Shown: positions 9,319-19,126, counted from the stretch's first letter. The stretch is 64,000 bases of DNA from Candidatus Micrarchaeota archaeon (GCA_021818995.1 JAKASP010000001.1:60868-124867); one strand, 5' to 3'. Notes: generated from the sequence alone by a model not told the origin. Numbers and translations are program-made.

Positions 9319-10143
9319 CTACTTCTGCGTGCTGAACGTCTGCCCGAGCAGGTCGCTGTCCGGAAGCGAGTAGTTGAAGGTGAAGAGGTTGTACACCTCG
9401 CGGCCGACGACCCTGTTTATGCTCAGGTCGAATGAGTTGAACAGTGTCTGGAGGTGGGCGAGCTGATTGCTCAGAGAGTCCTGCGCCTCCTTCTCGCTGA
9501 CCCCCACAGCAGTAGTCTCTATGTACATGACTGCGTCTACCGGCCTCTCGCCGGCGGACAGCCTGTTGATCCTCGCATCGAGTATGCCCATCTTCTTGTT
9601 CAGGTCGTCTATCGTGAGCTGGCTCGGCTGGCTGCTGCTCTCCTCCTTAGAGAGTTTGAACTCCAGGGTACCGCGCGCGCCCTCGAGTTCCTCCCTGTAC
9701 CTCTGCACGTCCTCGGCCACTGATAGTATGTTGAACCTGAACGGGAAGCCGGCATTCATCACTATACGCTCCCACTTGTCCGGAGCCTCTCCAAGTTTCT
9801 GCTCCTCGGTCTGGTCTATGCTCTCCGCAGCGAAAACGTAGCTGTAGACATTTGCTGTGAGGTAGCCGGTCGCGTAGTAGAGGCCGTTGACGTACTTGAT
9901 CACTGAGCTGCTGCTCTTCGGTATGTAGTAGCCCTTCGCTGGTGTGATCTTGATGCCGAAAATGCCTGTTATAACAGGAAAGAGTATGAAGTCGGCGTAG
10001 TTGAGCACGAGTATGACTATCGCGCCCAGCAATCCGAGGATCGCGATGGCGAACCCGAAGACCCCGAACGCGGATGCGTTTACGATGAGCAGGACTAGTA
10101 TCAGCATCGTGAGCCCCAGGTATATCATCGTCTGCTCGTCCAT
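9319..10143 (-). CDS. Two-TM membrane protein with VirB4-N-terminal-like soluble domain (paralog B)
   Basis: Two N-terminal TMs, coiled coil, C-terminal TTAVGVSEKEA motif; directly upstream of the ATPase. Confidence 0.65.
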   Translation of the reverse strand: MDEQTMIYLGLTMLILVLLIVNASAFGVFGFAIAILGLLGAIVILVLNYADFILFPVITGIFGIKITPAKGYYIPKSSSSVIKYVNGLYYATGYLTANVYSYVFAAESIDQTEEQKLGEAPDKWERIVMNAGFPFRFNILSVAEDVQRYREELEGARGTLEFKLSKEESSSQPSQLTIDDLNKKMGILDARINRLSAGERPVDAVMYIETTAVGVSEKEAQDSLSNQLAHLQTLFNSFDLSINRVVGREVYNLFTFNYSLPDSDLLGQTFSTQK

Positions 10144-10974
10144 CTACGCACCGCTTCCCATGCTCCTCTGCCGCATCTGCTCGCTGACAGTAGCCGTGGG
10201 TATCATGTAATCGGGCTCTATGAACTTCAGGAGGTCGGGGCCCTCGGCTGTTGTTGCAGTTATCCCGAAGACCGAGCTCACTCCGGATGCGAGCTCGTCA
10301 GCCTGCTGAAGCGCGAGGTTTATCGCCTCCTCCTCGCTCCCACCCTGCGCGGTTATCATTGCGAAGGCCTCCAGCGCCTGGCTGCGAACCCTGTTGACGC
10401 TGTCGAAGAGGTTGTGCCACATCGTCACCTCGCCCCTTATTCGCTCGGAATCCGCCTTCGATATCGTCTTGCTTACCGAGGCGTTCTGGTAACGCTCTTC
10501 CGCCTCGTTCAGCTTGTCCTTTATGTTGTTTATGTATGCGTCCTTGTTTATCACGTAGAGCTGCGCCCCGAACTTCACAGGCGACTTCGTTATCGTGAGC
10601 GCGCGGCTGAACAGCCTCGAGAAGTCTATCTTCTCCTCGTCGTTCATCTCTGTTGCGGACCTGTATGTCGGTATCTTCAAGAACGCGCTCGCGAAGATGT
10701 CGCTCCCTCTCCTGACAACTATCGCGTTGCCTGACGGCGCTAGCGTGAAGGGCTCTGTGTCGTCTATGATTGCATTCCTGCCCTTCATCGTCAGGAAAGG
10801 TATGAAGAAGCTCATGTAGAGCTTAGTTGAGAATGCGAGTATGTCGGTGAAGATAGCGAGCAGCGCGAGCACTATCTTTATTACAGTGTCGGAGACCAGC
10901 ACGTAGGTCAGCGCCGTGAAAACGAACGAGACCATTATGAGCAGGGAGAAGAGGAAACGTTGGGATACAGCCAA
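10144..10974 (-). CDS. Two-TM membrane protein with VirB4-N-terminal-like soluble domain (paralog A)
   Basis: Same architecture as 9319..10143 (ITAQGGSEEEA); TTG start; abuts the next gene. Confidence 0.65.
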   Translation of the reverse strand: MAVSQRFLFSLLIMVSFVFTALTYVLVSDTVIKIVLALLAIFTDILAFSTKLYMSFFIPFLTMKGRNAIIDDTEPFTLAPSGNAIVVRRGSDIFASAFLKIPTYRSATEMNDEEKIDFSRLFSRALTITKSPVKFGAQLYVINKDAYINNIKDKLNEAEERYQNASVSKTISKADSERIRGEVTMWHNLFDSVNRVRSQALEAFAMITAQGGSEEEAINLALQQADELASGVSSVFGITATTAEGPDLLKFIEPDYMIPTATVSEQMRQRSMGSGA

Positions 10975-11032
10975 ATGACCACTCTGTATATGTATTGAAA
11001 ATACAATTAAAAAGGTGAGCAGTTCTTCGCAG

Positions 11033-12121
11033 CTATATGGACCTGAGCTTGCCGCTCGTCCTTGTCGCGCCGCCTATGAACTCGGCTATTATCTTTATCG
11101 ACTCGTACGAGATCGCGGCTATTAGCGCTGGGTAGAAGAGTATTGAGAGCCAGAAGGAGCCCATCGCGTTCTGAAGGCCCTGCACAGCTGTGACGAGCGG
11201 CGCGGCCGGAGACGCTGCGTTGGTCTGCGCCTCGGTGCCCTGCCCGTTCGCGCCTATCTGCTGCGCGTAGGTGTTGAGCGTCTGTATAAGCCCGGTGTTG
11301 GTGAAGTAGTACGAGACCGAGAAGAGCACCGGCATTATCAGGTAGAAGGCAATCGCTATCGCTATCATTATGCCGCCGAGGTTCCTAACTGGGAAGATAG
11401 ATCTCAGCACTATGCCAGGTATGAGGAACACGGGTATCGCGGTGTACATGAAGAAGAGTATGAGGTAGAACTGCAGGTTGAGTATCAGCAGGCCGTCTGA
11501 GAGCAGGTAGACTATGGCCCTGGCTGGTATGAGGAAGAGGGCGAAGATGCTGAAGAATATGGTCTGGACCACCTGGCCTCCTATGTTGAGCTCCCCGCCC
11601 ACGGTCACCGCGGTGCTTATCGAGCCGTAGAACTGGTCGATCATAGCCACTTGGAAGATGTTGTTCATCGCTGTCTGCGTGGTCGAGATCGTCGAGCTTA
11701 TGTACGAGAGGGCGAACGGGTACGGGTTGATGGGGCCTGTGGCGAACGCAGGCAGTATGCCGAAAAGCACAGCAGCGATGAAGAGGAACGCCACGGCTAT
11801 TATCGTTGTTGCCGCTGCCTCGTATATCTCGCCTATAGCGAAATTCCTGATGCGCTCGTTCTTCAGCGCCGCGCCTGTCATGAAGATGACTCCCGCTATG
11901 GAGAACGCGAGGAAGATCGCGATGAAGACTATCGGCTGCCACGTTGTCCAGATCTGCGCGACGTACTGGTTGATGTTGTCGCAGTACCACTGGGCCGTGA
12001 CGTATGCCTCGCCGCCGGGCAGGCAGGCCGGCAGCGTGGACTGCGCCGAGATCGTGCCAGAGAGCAACAGCAATGCTAGCGAAGCGAGCAGCATTGTTCT
12101 AGTTGCGTGCATTGCCATCAC
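11033..12121 (-). CDS. CedA/VirB6-like polytopic membrane protein (paralog 6)
   Basis: Signal peptide; helical hairpin; PGIVLRSIFPVRNLGGIMIAIAIAFYLIMP motif. Confidence 0.7.
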   Translation of the reverse strand: MMAMHATRTMLLASLALLLLSGTISAQSTLPACLPGGEAYVTAQWYCDNINQYVAQIWTTWQPIVFIAIFLAFSIAGVIFMTGAALKNERIRNFAIGEIYEAAATTIIAVAFLFIAAVLFGILPAFATGPINPYPFALSYISSTISTTQTAMNNIFQVAMIDQFYGSISTAVTVGGELNIGGQVVQTIFFSIFALFLIPARAIVYLLSDGLLILNLQFYLILFFMYTAIPVFLIPGIVLRSIFPVRNLGGIMIAIAIAFYLIMPVLFSVSYYFTNTGLIQTLNTYAQQIGANGQGTEAQTNAASPAAPLVTAVQGLQNAMGSFWLSILFYPALIAAISYESIKIIAEFIGGATRTSGKLRSI

Positions 12122-13189
12122 TCAGACCAGCGATCCTAGAAGGGACATGAGGTCCATCTTCTCGCCTATTGCTCTGGAAAAGTCTATTATGAACGTGTCG
12201 ACCACCAGGAAGTTGAGGAACGGGATGAGCGTAAGCCCTACGGCTATCATTCCGCCGTAGATTATAAGCTGGCCGAACATCGCGTTTATCACTGTTTGGC
12301 TTATGCCCGGTATCTGGCCTATCGTTACTGTGATAAGCACTGCAAGGAGCGAGAAGATCAGGCTGCCCCATTCCTGGAAGTTGAGTATGCACACGCCGGC
12401 TATGGCGCACTGGGAGGTTACAGCGGTCGATATGCCAGTGTCGACGAATCCGTACGTCAGGCTGACCAGGAGCGGATAGAGGAGCCCGAGGCCCATCGCG
12501 AAGGCTATGAGCGCTCCGCCGAACGTCCTTGTTATCCCGAAGATCCTTGCGGTAAGGCCCGCTGCCATGAGCACAGCGAAGATGAGCGGAGCTGCTGAGA
12601 GCAGCAGGAGCTGCATCTGGTTGAGCGCGAAGAGCGGGAAGAGCACGCCGAGCAGCTGCCCGAAGTAGACTGATACCGAGACTGGGCTAAGCGGTATCTC
12701 AACCGAGAAGCCAAGTCCAGAGGATGCGATCTCGCTGAAGAGCGACTCGGTGTCTATCTTCACAGAAGGCACAAGCGCGATCACGACTATGGCAGAGTAG
12801 AGGAAGGAGTTCAGGGTGAAGGTGTCGCTGAGGAACTCGTGCATGTCGCATGCCGAGAGCGAGTAGAAGTCCGTAGATGAGACGCAGTTCTGCGGCACGA
12901 GGTTCAGCGCCTGGTACGACTGCTCTATCGGTATCGCGAAGAACGTGGTCACCACTGCGAAGAAGATGAAGACCAGAATGAGCGAGAAGAACGTGTCGTA
13001 GATCTTCGCCCTGACCCAGGTGCGGAACTCTGTGCGTCCGAGTAGGCTGCTGAACGAGTAGATGAGGCCCAGTATGAAGAGGACCACGAGCGCCGCGAGC
13101 GCCGCTATCGGCATCCATGCTGCAATCGGCGAGGTAAGGTATGAGCCTATGCTCGTAGCGAGCACGAAGCCTACCAGCATGTCGATCAT
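12122..13189 (-). CDS. CedA/VirB6-like polytopic membrane protein (paralog 5)
   Basis: AGLTARIFGITRTFGGALIAFAMGLGLLYP motif. Confidence 0.7.
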   Translation of the reverse strand: MIDMLVGFVLATSIGSYLTSPIAAWMPIAALAALVVLFILGLIYSFSSLLGRTEFRTWVRAKIYDTFFSLILVFIFFAVVTTFFAIPIEQSYQALNLVPQNCVSSTDFYSLSACDMHEFLSDTFTLNSFLYSAIVVIALVPSVKIDTESLFSEIASSGLGFSVEIPLSPVSVSVYFGQLLGVLFPLFALNQMQLLLLSAAPLIFAVLMAAGLTARIFGITRTFGGALIAFAMGLGLLYPLLVSLTYGFVDTGISTAVTSQCAIAGVCILNFQEWGSLIFSLLAVLITVTIGQIPGISQTVINAMFGQLIIYGGMIAVGLTLIPFLNFLVVDTFIIDFSRAIGEKMDLMSLLGSLV

Positions 13190-13190
13190 C

Positions 13191-14306
13191 TCATATCACC
13201 TTCTGCAGCAGCTTGCCGCTCCTGAGCGAGGGAGCGCCGAGCAGGTCTCCGAATCTCTCGAGCAGGTCGTAGGATATTATGAACGCTATGGCAACTCCGA
13301 AGACCTGCATCATCGAGTATGCGAGTCCGCTGACGAAGCCCTGCATCTCTATGGCAGCGGAGGTGCCGAGGTAGCTAGAATAGCCGGTGACTGCCTGCAG
13401 TATGGAGAGCGTGATCGTGGCCGGGCAGGAGACCGCGGAGAAGAGCGGGTTTCCGCCAGGGCCCAGGGAGAGCTGCGAGCTGAACGGGTAGAGGAGCGCG
13501 GGGAAGATCATGTAGAAGGCGATGAAGAGCGAGAGCATGGAGCCTCCGGCCGCGCGGGTCCATGGGAAGGATCTGAGCAGTATGCCCGCGTAGAGGAAGA
13601 TCGGAAACAGGAAGTAGATTATGAACAGGAACATGCTGACTCCGGACATCAGCCCGCCGACGAGTATGTAGAGCTCGACCTCTATGTTGAGCACCTGTGT
13701 CCACGGGTACCAGCCAGCGAACGGCTTTACCGAGAAGCCGAAGTCGTTGGGCATGAAGCTGAGCTCCAAGGTCGACATCGTCGAAAAGTAGTAGAGGCAG
13801 GGCAGCAGGCCTATGACCCCGTTCAGGGTAGTGGAGAGCCCCTGCTCCATGTAGTTGGTGCAGAGCTGCTGCATCGAGTAGGTTGGCGTTGTGGTACCGG
13901 ACTGCTGCGAGATCGGCAGTACGGCCTCCTGTCCTATGTTTCCGAGAAACGTGCTTATCCCCTGAAGCGCGAATAGGCCCGGGAAGATGAGTATTATGAG
14001 AACGAGGTTGAAGACGCTCTCAAGCGCCTCTGTCCTGGAGAAGTTCTTGAGCACCTCTATGCCGAAAGCGGTTCCGATCCCGTACGTGAGGCCGAGCACT
14101 GTCAGTACTCCGATGACTATCAGGAACGAGATCTGCAGCAGGGGCGTGTAGTAGGCCGTGTTAGCTACTGCGCCTAGCCCCGTGATCGGCTGGTTGAAGA
14201 GGTTGTTGCACAGCGCGGTTCCCAGACCGTTGAACGATATTGCTGAAGCTGACTGGGAGATCGCCAGGAAGGCGAGGAACAACGTTGCAAGCACTATGCC
14301 CTTCAT
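13191..14306 (-). CDS. CedA/VirB6-like polytopic membrane protein (paralog 4)
   Basis: AGILLRSFPWTRAAGGSMLSLFIAFYMIFP motif. Confidence 0.7.
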   Translation of the reverse strand: MKGIVLATLFLAFLAISQSASAISFNGLGTALCNNLFNQPITGLGAVANTAYYTPLLQISFLIVIGVLTVLGLTYGIGTAFGIEVLKNFSRTEALESVFNLVLIILIFPGLFALQGISTFLGNIGQEAVLPISQQSGTTTPTYSMQQLCTNYMEQGLSTTLNGVIGLLPCLYYFSTMSTLELSFMPNDFGFSVKPFAGWYPWTQVLNIEVELYILVGGLMSGVSMFLFIIYFLFPIFLYAGILLRSFPWTRAAGGSMLSLFIAFYMIFPALLYPFSSQLSLGPGGNPLFSAVSCPATITLSILQAVTGYSSYLGTSAAIEMQGFVSGLAYSMMQVFGVAIAFIISYDLLERFGDLLGAPSLRSGKLLQKVI

Positions 14307-14310
14307 CTCA

Positions 14311-15948
14311 TCACAACAGCTTAGACAGGCCGATTATGTCAGTGTCTCCGCCCAGCAGTCCAGATATCCCGACGGCTGCGGAGATTATGATTATGAGGTT
14401 GAGGAGCGGCACCAGGTATGCGGTCACTCCCATCAGGCCGTACACGTTCGCGAGCGCGAGCGCGGATGAGATCCCGTTGTTCGCGTTGCAACCAAGCTGG
14501 TCAGAGAGATAGGAGATGTCGGTCGGGTTGTACGGAAGCCCTGACACAAGCCCACCGACTGCGCCTATGTACCCGGTGACCGCGCCGAAGCCGGGGATGA
14601 GGTAGAAGTCAGAGAACGCGAGCTCTGCTCCGGGGAGGTTCGGCGGCATGCAGTTGTAGAACCTGAGCACGTCCGCGACCTTCGGGAAGACGAAGAAGTT
14701 TATGTTTATGCCCTGCACCTCAGTTGTGCCGTCGGGGTTTGTGGGGCACGGGGCCGCTGCCTGGGAGGAGCACGACGCCGTCTTGGGGTAGCCGCATACG
14801 CCTTCGTATACGAACTGGCCGCTGGCGCAGCTGATTGTCGGAACTGATAAAGCAGGAACGTCCCCGCCACCAGAGGCGCCGTACACCCCGAGGGACCCGT
14901 CGGTGCCCTTGGTGTAGAGCGGGAGCGTGGGCAGATTGCTTGCACCTATCGGCTGCAGGCTCGTGCCTAGTCCCTGGAAGGAGCTGTACTCAAGTGCGTA
15001 GATCAGCGGGAAGATGAGGAGCCACGCCATCACCAGCGCTATCAGGAGTCCACCGGCCCTTCGCGTGAAGACCGTAGCCCTGAGTATTATGCCTCCGGCT
15101 AGCAGCCAAGGCCAGAGGTAGAGTATCAGTATGCTGACCACCAGCTGGAGGAAGAACATGTAGAAGGTGAGCGACGCCTGTATCTCTGTCGGCTGCGTGA
15201 TCCCGTTCTTTAGCGTGTCGAAGCCTGCGAGCGGCGAGTAAGTGAACTTTACCCCGAAACCCGCGGCGTCCGGGCAGAGCGGCGGAGGCGGCAGTCCTGG
15301 AGAGCAGAACTGGGTCTCGGCCACGAACTTGGACGCGAAGCCTATCCAGCCCTCGAATACGTAGAGCGCGTTGATGTTCGCGAGCGCCTGGTTCGTGAGG
15401 TTCGCGATTATCAGGTAGCTGGAGAAGATGCCGTAGTCGATGCTGTCGGTTATGCTCGGGTTCGTCTGGAGCGCGTTGACCTCGCCGCACACGACTGCAG
15501 TGGGCGACGGCACAGGCGGGCTGCCGCCGAATGTGCCTGTTCCCGATGCGCCGAACGGAGGTCCCGGCTGCAGGAAGGCTATCGACGAGCTGCCGAGGGA
15601 GGTGCAGACCTTCAGCAGGTTCGGGGGGCTTATCGCAGGGACCTGGGAGAAGATGCCGCCGCCGAAGAACGCGAGAATCGCTATTATGACTATGAGCATG
15701 ACCCCTGTGCCCAGCGCCTGGCCGAGCTCGCTTATCGCCCTAGACTTCACCCTGGCGTTGTTCAGGACGACGCCGAGGAGGTAGTAGATGGAGACGAAGG
15801 TTATGCTGACAAGTATGGCTATCATGACTATCGGCAGCCAGTTCTCGAACACGGAGTACTGGGTGATGAGCTGCGACTGGGCGAACGGCGCGCGCGCTAG
15901 CAAGAGCGCGAAGAGCGCGAAGACCATAGCGTATGTCCTTGCGTGCAT
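14311..15948 (-). CDS. CedA/VirB6-like polytopic membrane protein with Cys/Pro-rich insertions (paralog 3)
   Basis: GGIILRATVFTRRAGGLLIALVMAWLLIFP motif; extra Cys-rich segment. Confidence 0.7.
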   Translation of the reverse strand: MHARTYAMVFALFALLLARAPFAQSQLITQYSVFENWLPIVMIAILVSITFVSIYYLLGVVLNNARVKSRAISELGQALGTGVMLIVIIAILAFFGGGIFSQVPAISPPNLLKVCTSLGSSSIAFLQPGPPFGASGTGTFGGSPPVPSPTAVVCGEVNALQTNPSITDSIDYGIFSSYLIIANLTNQALANINALYVFEGWIGFASKFVAETQFCSPGLPPPPLCPDAAGFGVKFTYSPLAGFDTLKNGITQPTEIQASLTFYMFFLQLVVSILILYLWPWLLAGGIILRATVFTRRAGGLLIALVMAWLLIFPLIYALEYSSFQGLGTSLQPIGASNLPTLPLYTKGTDGSLGVYGASGGGDVPALSVPTISCASGQFVYEGVCGYPKTASCSSQAAAPCPTNPDGTTEVQGININFFVFPKVADVLRFYNCMPPNLPGAELAFSDFYLIPGFGAVTGYIGAVGGLVSGLPYNPTDISYLSDQLGCNANNGISSALALANVYGLMGVTAYLVPLLNLIIIISAAVGISGLLGGDTDIIGLSKLL

Positions 15949-15951
15949 GGT

Positions 15952-17148
15952 TCACTCCCAGAACGACTCTGTGCCGAAAATCCTCGACAGCGCGTTGAGC
16001 CCCTTGCCGAGGCCGTTGATGAACCCCGCTGTTATCGCCATGTCGAGGCCGAGCATGAAGAGCCCGAGGAAGAGGTAGACTGCTACCTGCTCCCCGTAGC
16101 CTGCTGCGACGTTTGGCGCATTGAGCACGTAGTTGAAGAATACCTGGTACGCGCCGTTGCCTATCGAGCTTGCGGAGTTGAAGCCGTAGGCCTGCAGCAG
16201 GTTGAAGTCAGTGGATATGAACGGGATGGTACCGCTCGGGACTGTTATCGACTGGCCCGATGCCTGGGTGAAGAGACTGGTCACGCTGGTCGGGAGCGCA
16301 TATGGCTGGAGCTGGTACGGGTAGTTGGGACACGAGACCTGCAGCGATGCGATGAGCTGTATGTTGAGGCAGCTTGCCACGTACGCGTTGAAGGCTATGG
16401 TGAGCGGCAGCACGAAGTAGAAGCCGATGGCCAGAGCCAGGAAGAGGTTCGAGGCCTCCCTGAGCTTTGGTCCTGTGAACGAGATGCTGCGCATTATCAG
16501 CGCGACTGGCACCACGAGCGTCAGCGCACCTCCTTGTATTATCGGGAGCAGAAGGAAGAGCAAGTAGAGGGGAGCAAAGGCCACGACAGTGAGCCCTGCG
16601 TAAGTTCCGGTAACGGAGCTCGAGTAGGAGAGAAGCACGAACTCTATGGACTCTCCGGGGCTTACACTAACAATCTGGCCGAACTTCAGAGTTGAGAAGA
16701 ATGCGGAGAGCGCGGTCTGGCCTATCTGCTCTATGAAGAGGACTATGTTCGAGGCCACGACGTAGTTGACCGATGCGCTGTATAGTTGGCTGACCAGGCT
16801 GACGCCGTTCGTGAAGAGCAGGCTTCCCAGATACGAGTCTGCAAAGCTGAAGAGGTTCGTGTAGCTCTGCTGTCCTGTGAGCAGCGCGCCCGTGTTGCAG
16901 GCGACGCTGGTGAACCCGAAGAGCGCGATTATTATTATGGCGCTCATGAAAGCCTCGAAGATCTCGTATCTGGTTATGCCCCTGAGCTTCTCGGCGCGCT
17001 CTCCTGGCATGAAGTTGCTGAACGCGTAGATCGCTGCGCCGAAGGTCACGCTGAACAGGACCACAAGCATGTTTATCCCGAGCCACCCGCTGTTGGTCAT
17101 GAAGAGCGAGGAAGGGTCGCATGCGGATAATAGCAAAAACGGTTCCAT
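15952..17148 (-). CDS. CedA/VirB6-like polytopic membrane protein (paralog 2)
   Basis: VALIMRSISFTGPKLREASNLFLALAIGFYFVLP motif variant. Confidence 0.7.
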   Translation of the reverse strand: MEPFLLLSACDPSSLFMTNSGWLGINMLVVLFSVTFGAAIYAFSNFMPGERAEKLRGITRYEIFEAFMSAIIIIALFGFTSVACNTGALLTGQQSYTNLFSFADSYLGSLLFTNGVSLVSQLYSASVNYVVASNIVLFIEQIGQTALSAFFSTLKFGQIVSVSPGESIEFVLLSYSSSVTGTYAGLTVVAFAPLYLLFLLLPIIQGGALTLVVPVALIMRSISFTGPKLREASNLFLALAIGFYFVLPLTIAFNAYVASCLNIQLIASLQVSCPNYPYQLQPYALPTSVTSLFTQASGQSITVPSGTIPFISTDFNLLQAYGFNSASSIGNGAYQVFFNYVLNAPNVAAGYGEQVAVYLFLGLFMLGLDMAITAGFINGLGKGLNALSRIFGTESFWE

Positions 17149-17155
17149 AATAGCA

Positions 17156-18337
17156 CTACGTCAGCTTCAGCTTTCCTCCCAGCGATAGGGTTATCGTTCC
17201 GCCGAGTGTCCTTGCTATGCTGTCCGTGAGCGGATACGCTATCGCTATGTCTGCGATGAATAGGAGGAACTGGAGTATGAGGCCGAAGGAGTAGAAGAGC
17301 ATGCCGTTTATAGCGGGCAGTATCGTGTACGGCAGGAACGCGCTGATGCCGTCGGAGATTCCCTGGGAGCTCGTACCTGATCCTGAAATTATGCCGACCA
17401 GGTAGCAGACTGCAGGGTTCGAGGAGCAACCCGCTCCCGAGCCTGCGTACGCGCCGAAGGCGAGAGCGTTGGTCACGGGCGCGTTGAGCAGGGCCAGCGT
17501 AGCCGGATATATTATCGCGACGCCTATGCCTATCGCGACCAGGGTACCGCCTATTCCCCTGATGAACGGGAAGGCGCGGAGCGCAATCCCAAGTGGTATG
17601 AGTATGACGAAGCCGAGGGCCACAACCGTCGGCAGTAGGGCCTGCTGCGCGAAGATCAGGAGCGAGATTGGGAAGACGATGAACGAGAACATGTCGTTCA
17701 GCATGGATTCGTAGCTGCCTGTGGTGGGCGTGCTCTCGAGCATTGTGTTGACGTAGGGCGAGTCGGTATACCCGAACTCGAACCACACCTCTGGAGTCGG
17801 TATCGGGATTGGAATCGGAAGGAAGGCGCCGGTTGTTATGCTGCTTATCGCGCCAACTGCTCCGGAGAGGCTCAGCATGTAGTTGAGCGTTGTGGGGATG
17901 GGGTTGCCTGGAAGTGGCGCTCCTATGGGACCTGCCAGGCTGTCTAGGTAGCTGCACGCGGCGCCCGCGAGGCCCTCGATGTTGCCTCCGAGGCTGCCTG
18001 TGCTGCCGCCGGGAAGGATTAGTATGCTGGCGATGTTGCTCATGAAGGTGAGCAGAGCGAAGATGACCACTATCAGCATGCCCGTCTTCGCTATCTCCAG
18101 GAACTCGTCGCTTATCCAGCTCCTTATCCCGCTCGATGGGATTATCCTGCCTATTATGTACCCGATCGCGACCACATCTATAGAGACCACGAGGCCCAGC
18201 AGGGAGATGCCTGCAAGGTTGAAGATGGAGTTCGGGTTGACGGAGATGTTCGAGCACGAGACCGTGGACTGAGCGGCGGGATGCGCGGCTAAAGCAAGCA
18301 ACGCTAGAATGAAGACGGCAACCGCGCCAAATTTCAT
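17156..18337 (-). CDS. CedA/VirB6-like polytopic membrane protein (paralog 1)
   Basis: Signal peptide; LGIALRAFPFIRGIGGTLVAIGIGVAIIYP motif. Confidence 0.7.
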   Translation of the reverse strand: MKFGAVAVFILALLALAAHPAAQSTVSCSNISVNPNSIFNLAGISLLGLVVSIDVVAIGYIIGRIIPSSGIRSWISDEFLEIAKTGMLIVVIFALLTFMSNIASILILPGGSTGSLGGNIEGLAGAACSYLDSLAGPIGAPLPGNPIPTTLNYMLSLSGAVGAISSITTGAFLPIPIPIPTPEVWFEFGYTDSPYVNTMLESTPTTGSYESMLNDMFSFIVFPISLLIFAQQALLPTVVALGFVILIPLGIALRAFPFIRGIGGTLVAIGIGVAIIYPATLALLNAPVTNALAFGAYAGSGAGCSSNPAVCYLVGIISGSGTSSQGISDGISAFLPYTILPAINGMLFYSFGLILQFLLFIADIAIAYPLTDSIARTLGGTITLSLGGKLKLT

Positions 18338-18348
18338 GTGCCTCGGCT

Positions 18349-18375
18349 TATAATTGCAATACTATATATAAATAC
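18349..18375 (-). promoter_or_regulatory. Putative TATA-box promoter of the six-paralog operon
   Basis: AT-rich TTTATATA on the minus strand ~28 nt upstream of ATG 18337. Confidence 0.45.
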
Positions 18376-18394
18376 AGCGACAGCAGAAATCGGC

Positions 18395-19126
18395 TCAGTG
18401 CTTCAGTATCGAGAACCTCTTCATGTACGCCTCGGCCTGGAAGATAACGAAGTACGGCAGTATGAAGATGGAGTTGATGAAGAGCATTATGTAGCTCGAG
18501 ACCAGCGTGCCCGTTGCGTGTATCGCGACGAAGTCCGCGATCCCGACAACGAAGACCAGCACAAGGACCCACATCAGGAAGTACTGCGGCGAGCGCGCGA
18601 CTAGCTCGAGGCTCTGGTTGAGCGCGGCGCCCATGCGCTTGTTGTCTATTACTATGGCTGTGGGCGCGTAGAAGATTGCCATGAATAGGAAGAAGCCCAC
18701 GATCGGAGTGAGCACCTCCTGCAGGCCGAGGAAGTAGCCGAGTATGTTAACTATGACGAGTATGAACGTGTATGCGAGCAGCACCGCGAAGACCCTGCCG
18801 GTGTACTTCTCCACCTCGCGTATCACGCTTGCGGCGTTGTGCGTGAATGTCCTTCGCGCCTTCACTATAAGGCTTATCGCGACGAAGGCGAAGCTGAGGA
18901 AGAGAAGCGAGAGGAAGACCGAGACTATTATGACCGCGAGGCTCTCCGCGTTTATGTTGAGGAAGATGCTCGCGCTCCTGAGGAAGATCGCACCGCTCGA
19001 GATGTACGTAGGGAGCTGCGCGAAGATTGGTATGAGGAAGGCGATGATGAACGGGATCGAGAATAGGAGCACTAGTTTTATGTTGCTCGCGTACGTCTCC
19101 CAGGCATCCTCGATAAGCGTCGCCAT
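18395..19126 (-). CDS. Multi-TM membrane protein of unknown function
   Basis: 243 aa, about 6 hydrophobic helices. Confidence 0.7.
   Translation of the reverse strand: MATLIEDAWETYASNIKLVLLFSIPFIIAFLIPIFAQLPTYISSGAIFLRSASIFLNINAESLAVIIVSVFLSLLFLSFAFVAISLIVKARRTFTHNAASVIREVEKYTGRVFAVLLAYTFILVIVNILGYFLGLQEVLTPIVGFFLFMAIFYAPTAIVIDNKRMGAALNQSLELVARSPQYFLMWVLVLVFVVGIADFVAIHATGTLVSSYIMLFINSIFILPYFVIFQAEAYMKRFSILKH

Noticed and set aside
10991-11005. Short inverted repeat TGTATT-N3-AATACA as a shared operator of the transfer operons
   Set aside because: Only 6-bp arms in an AT-rich promoter region, and only loosely similar to the 18350 region
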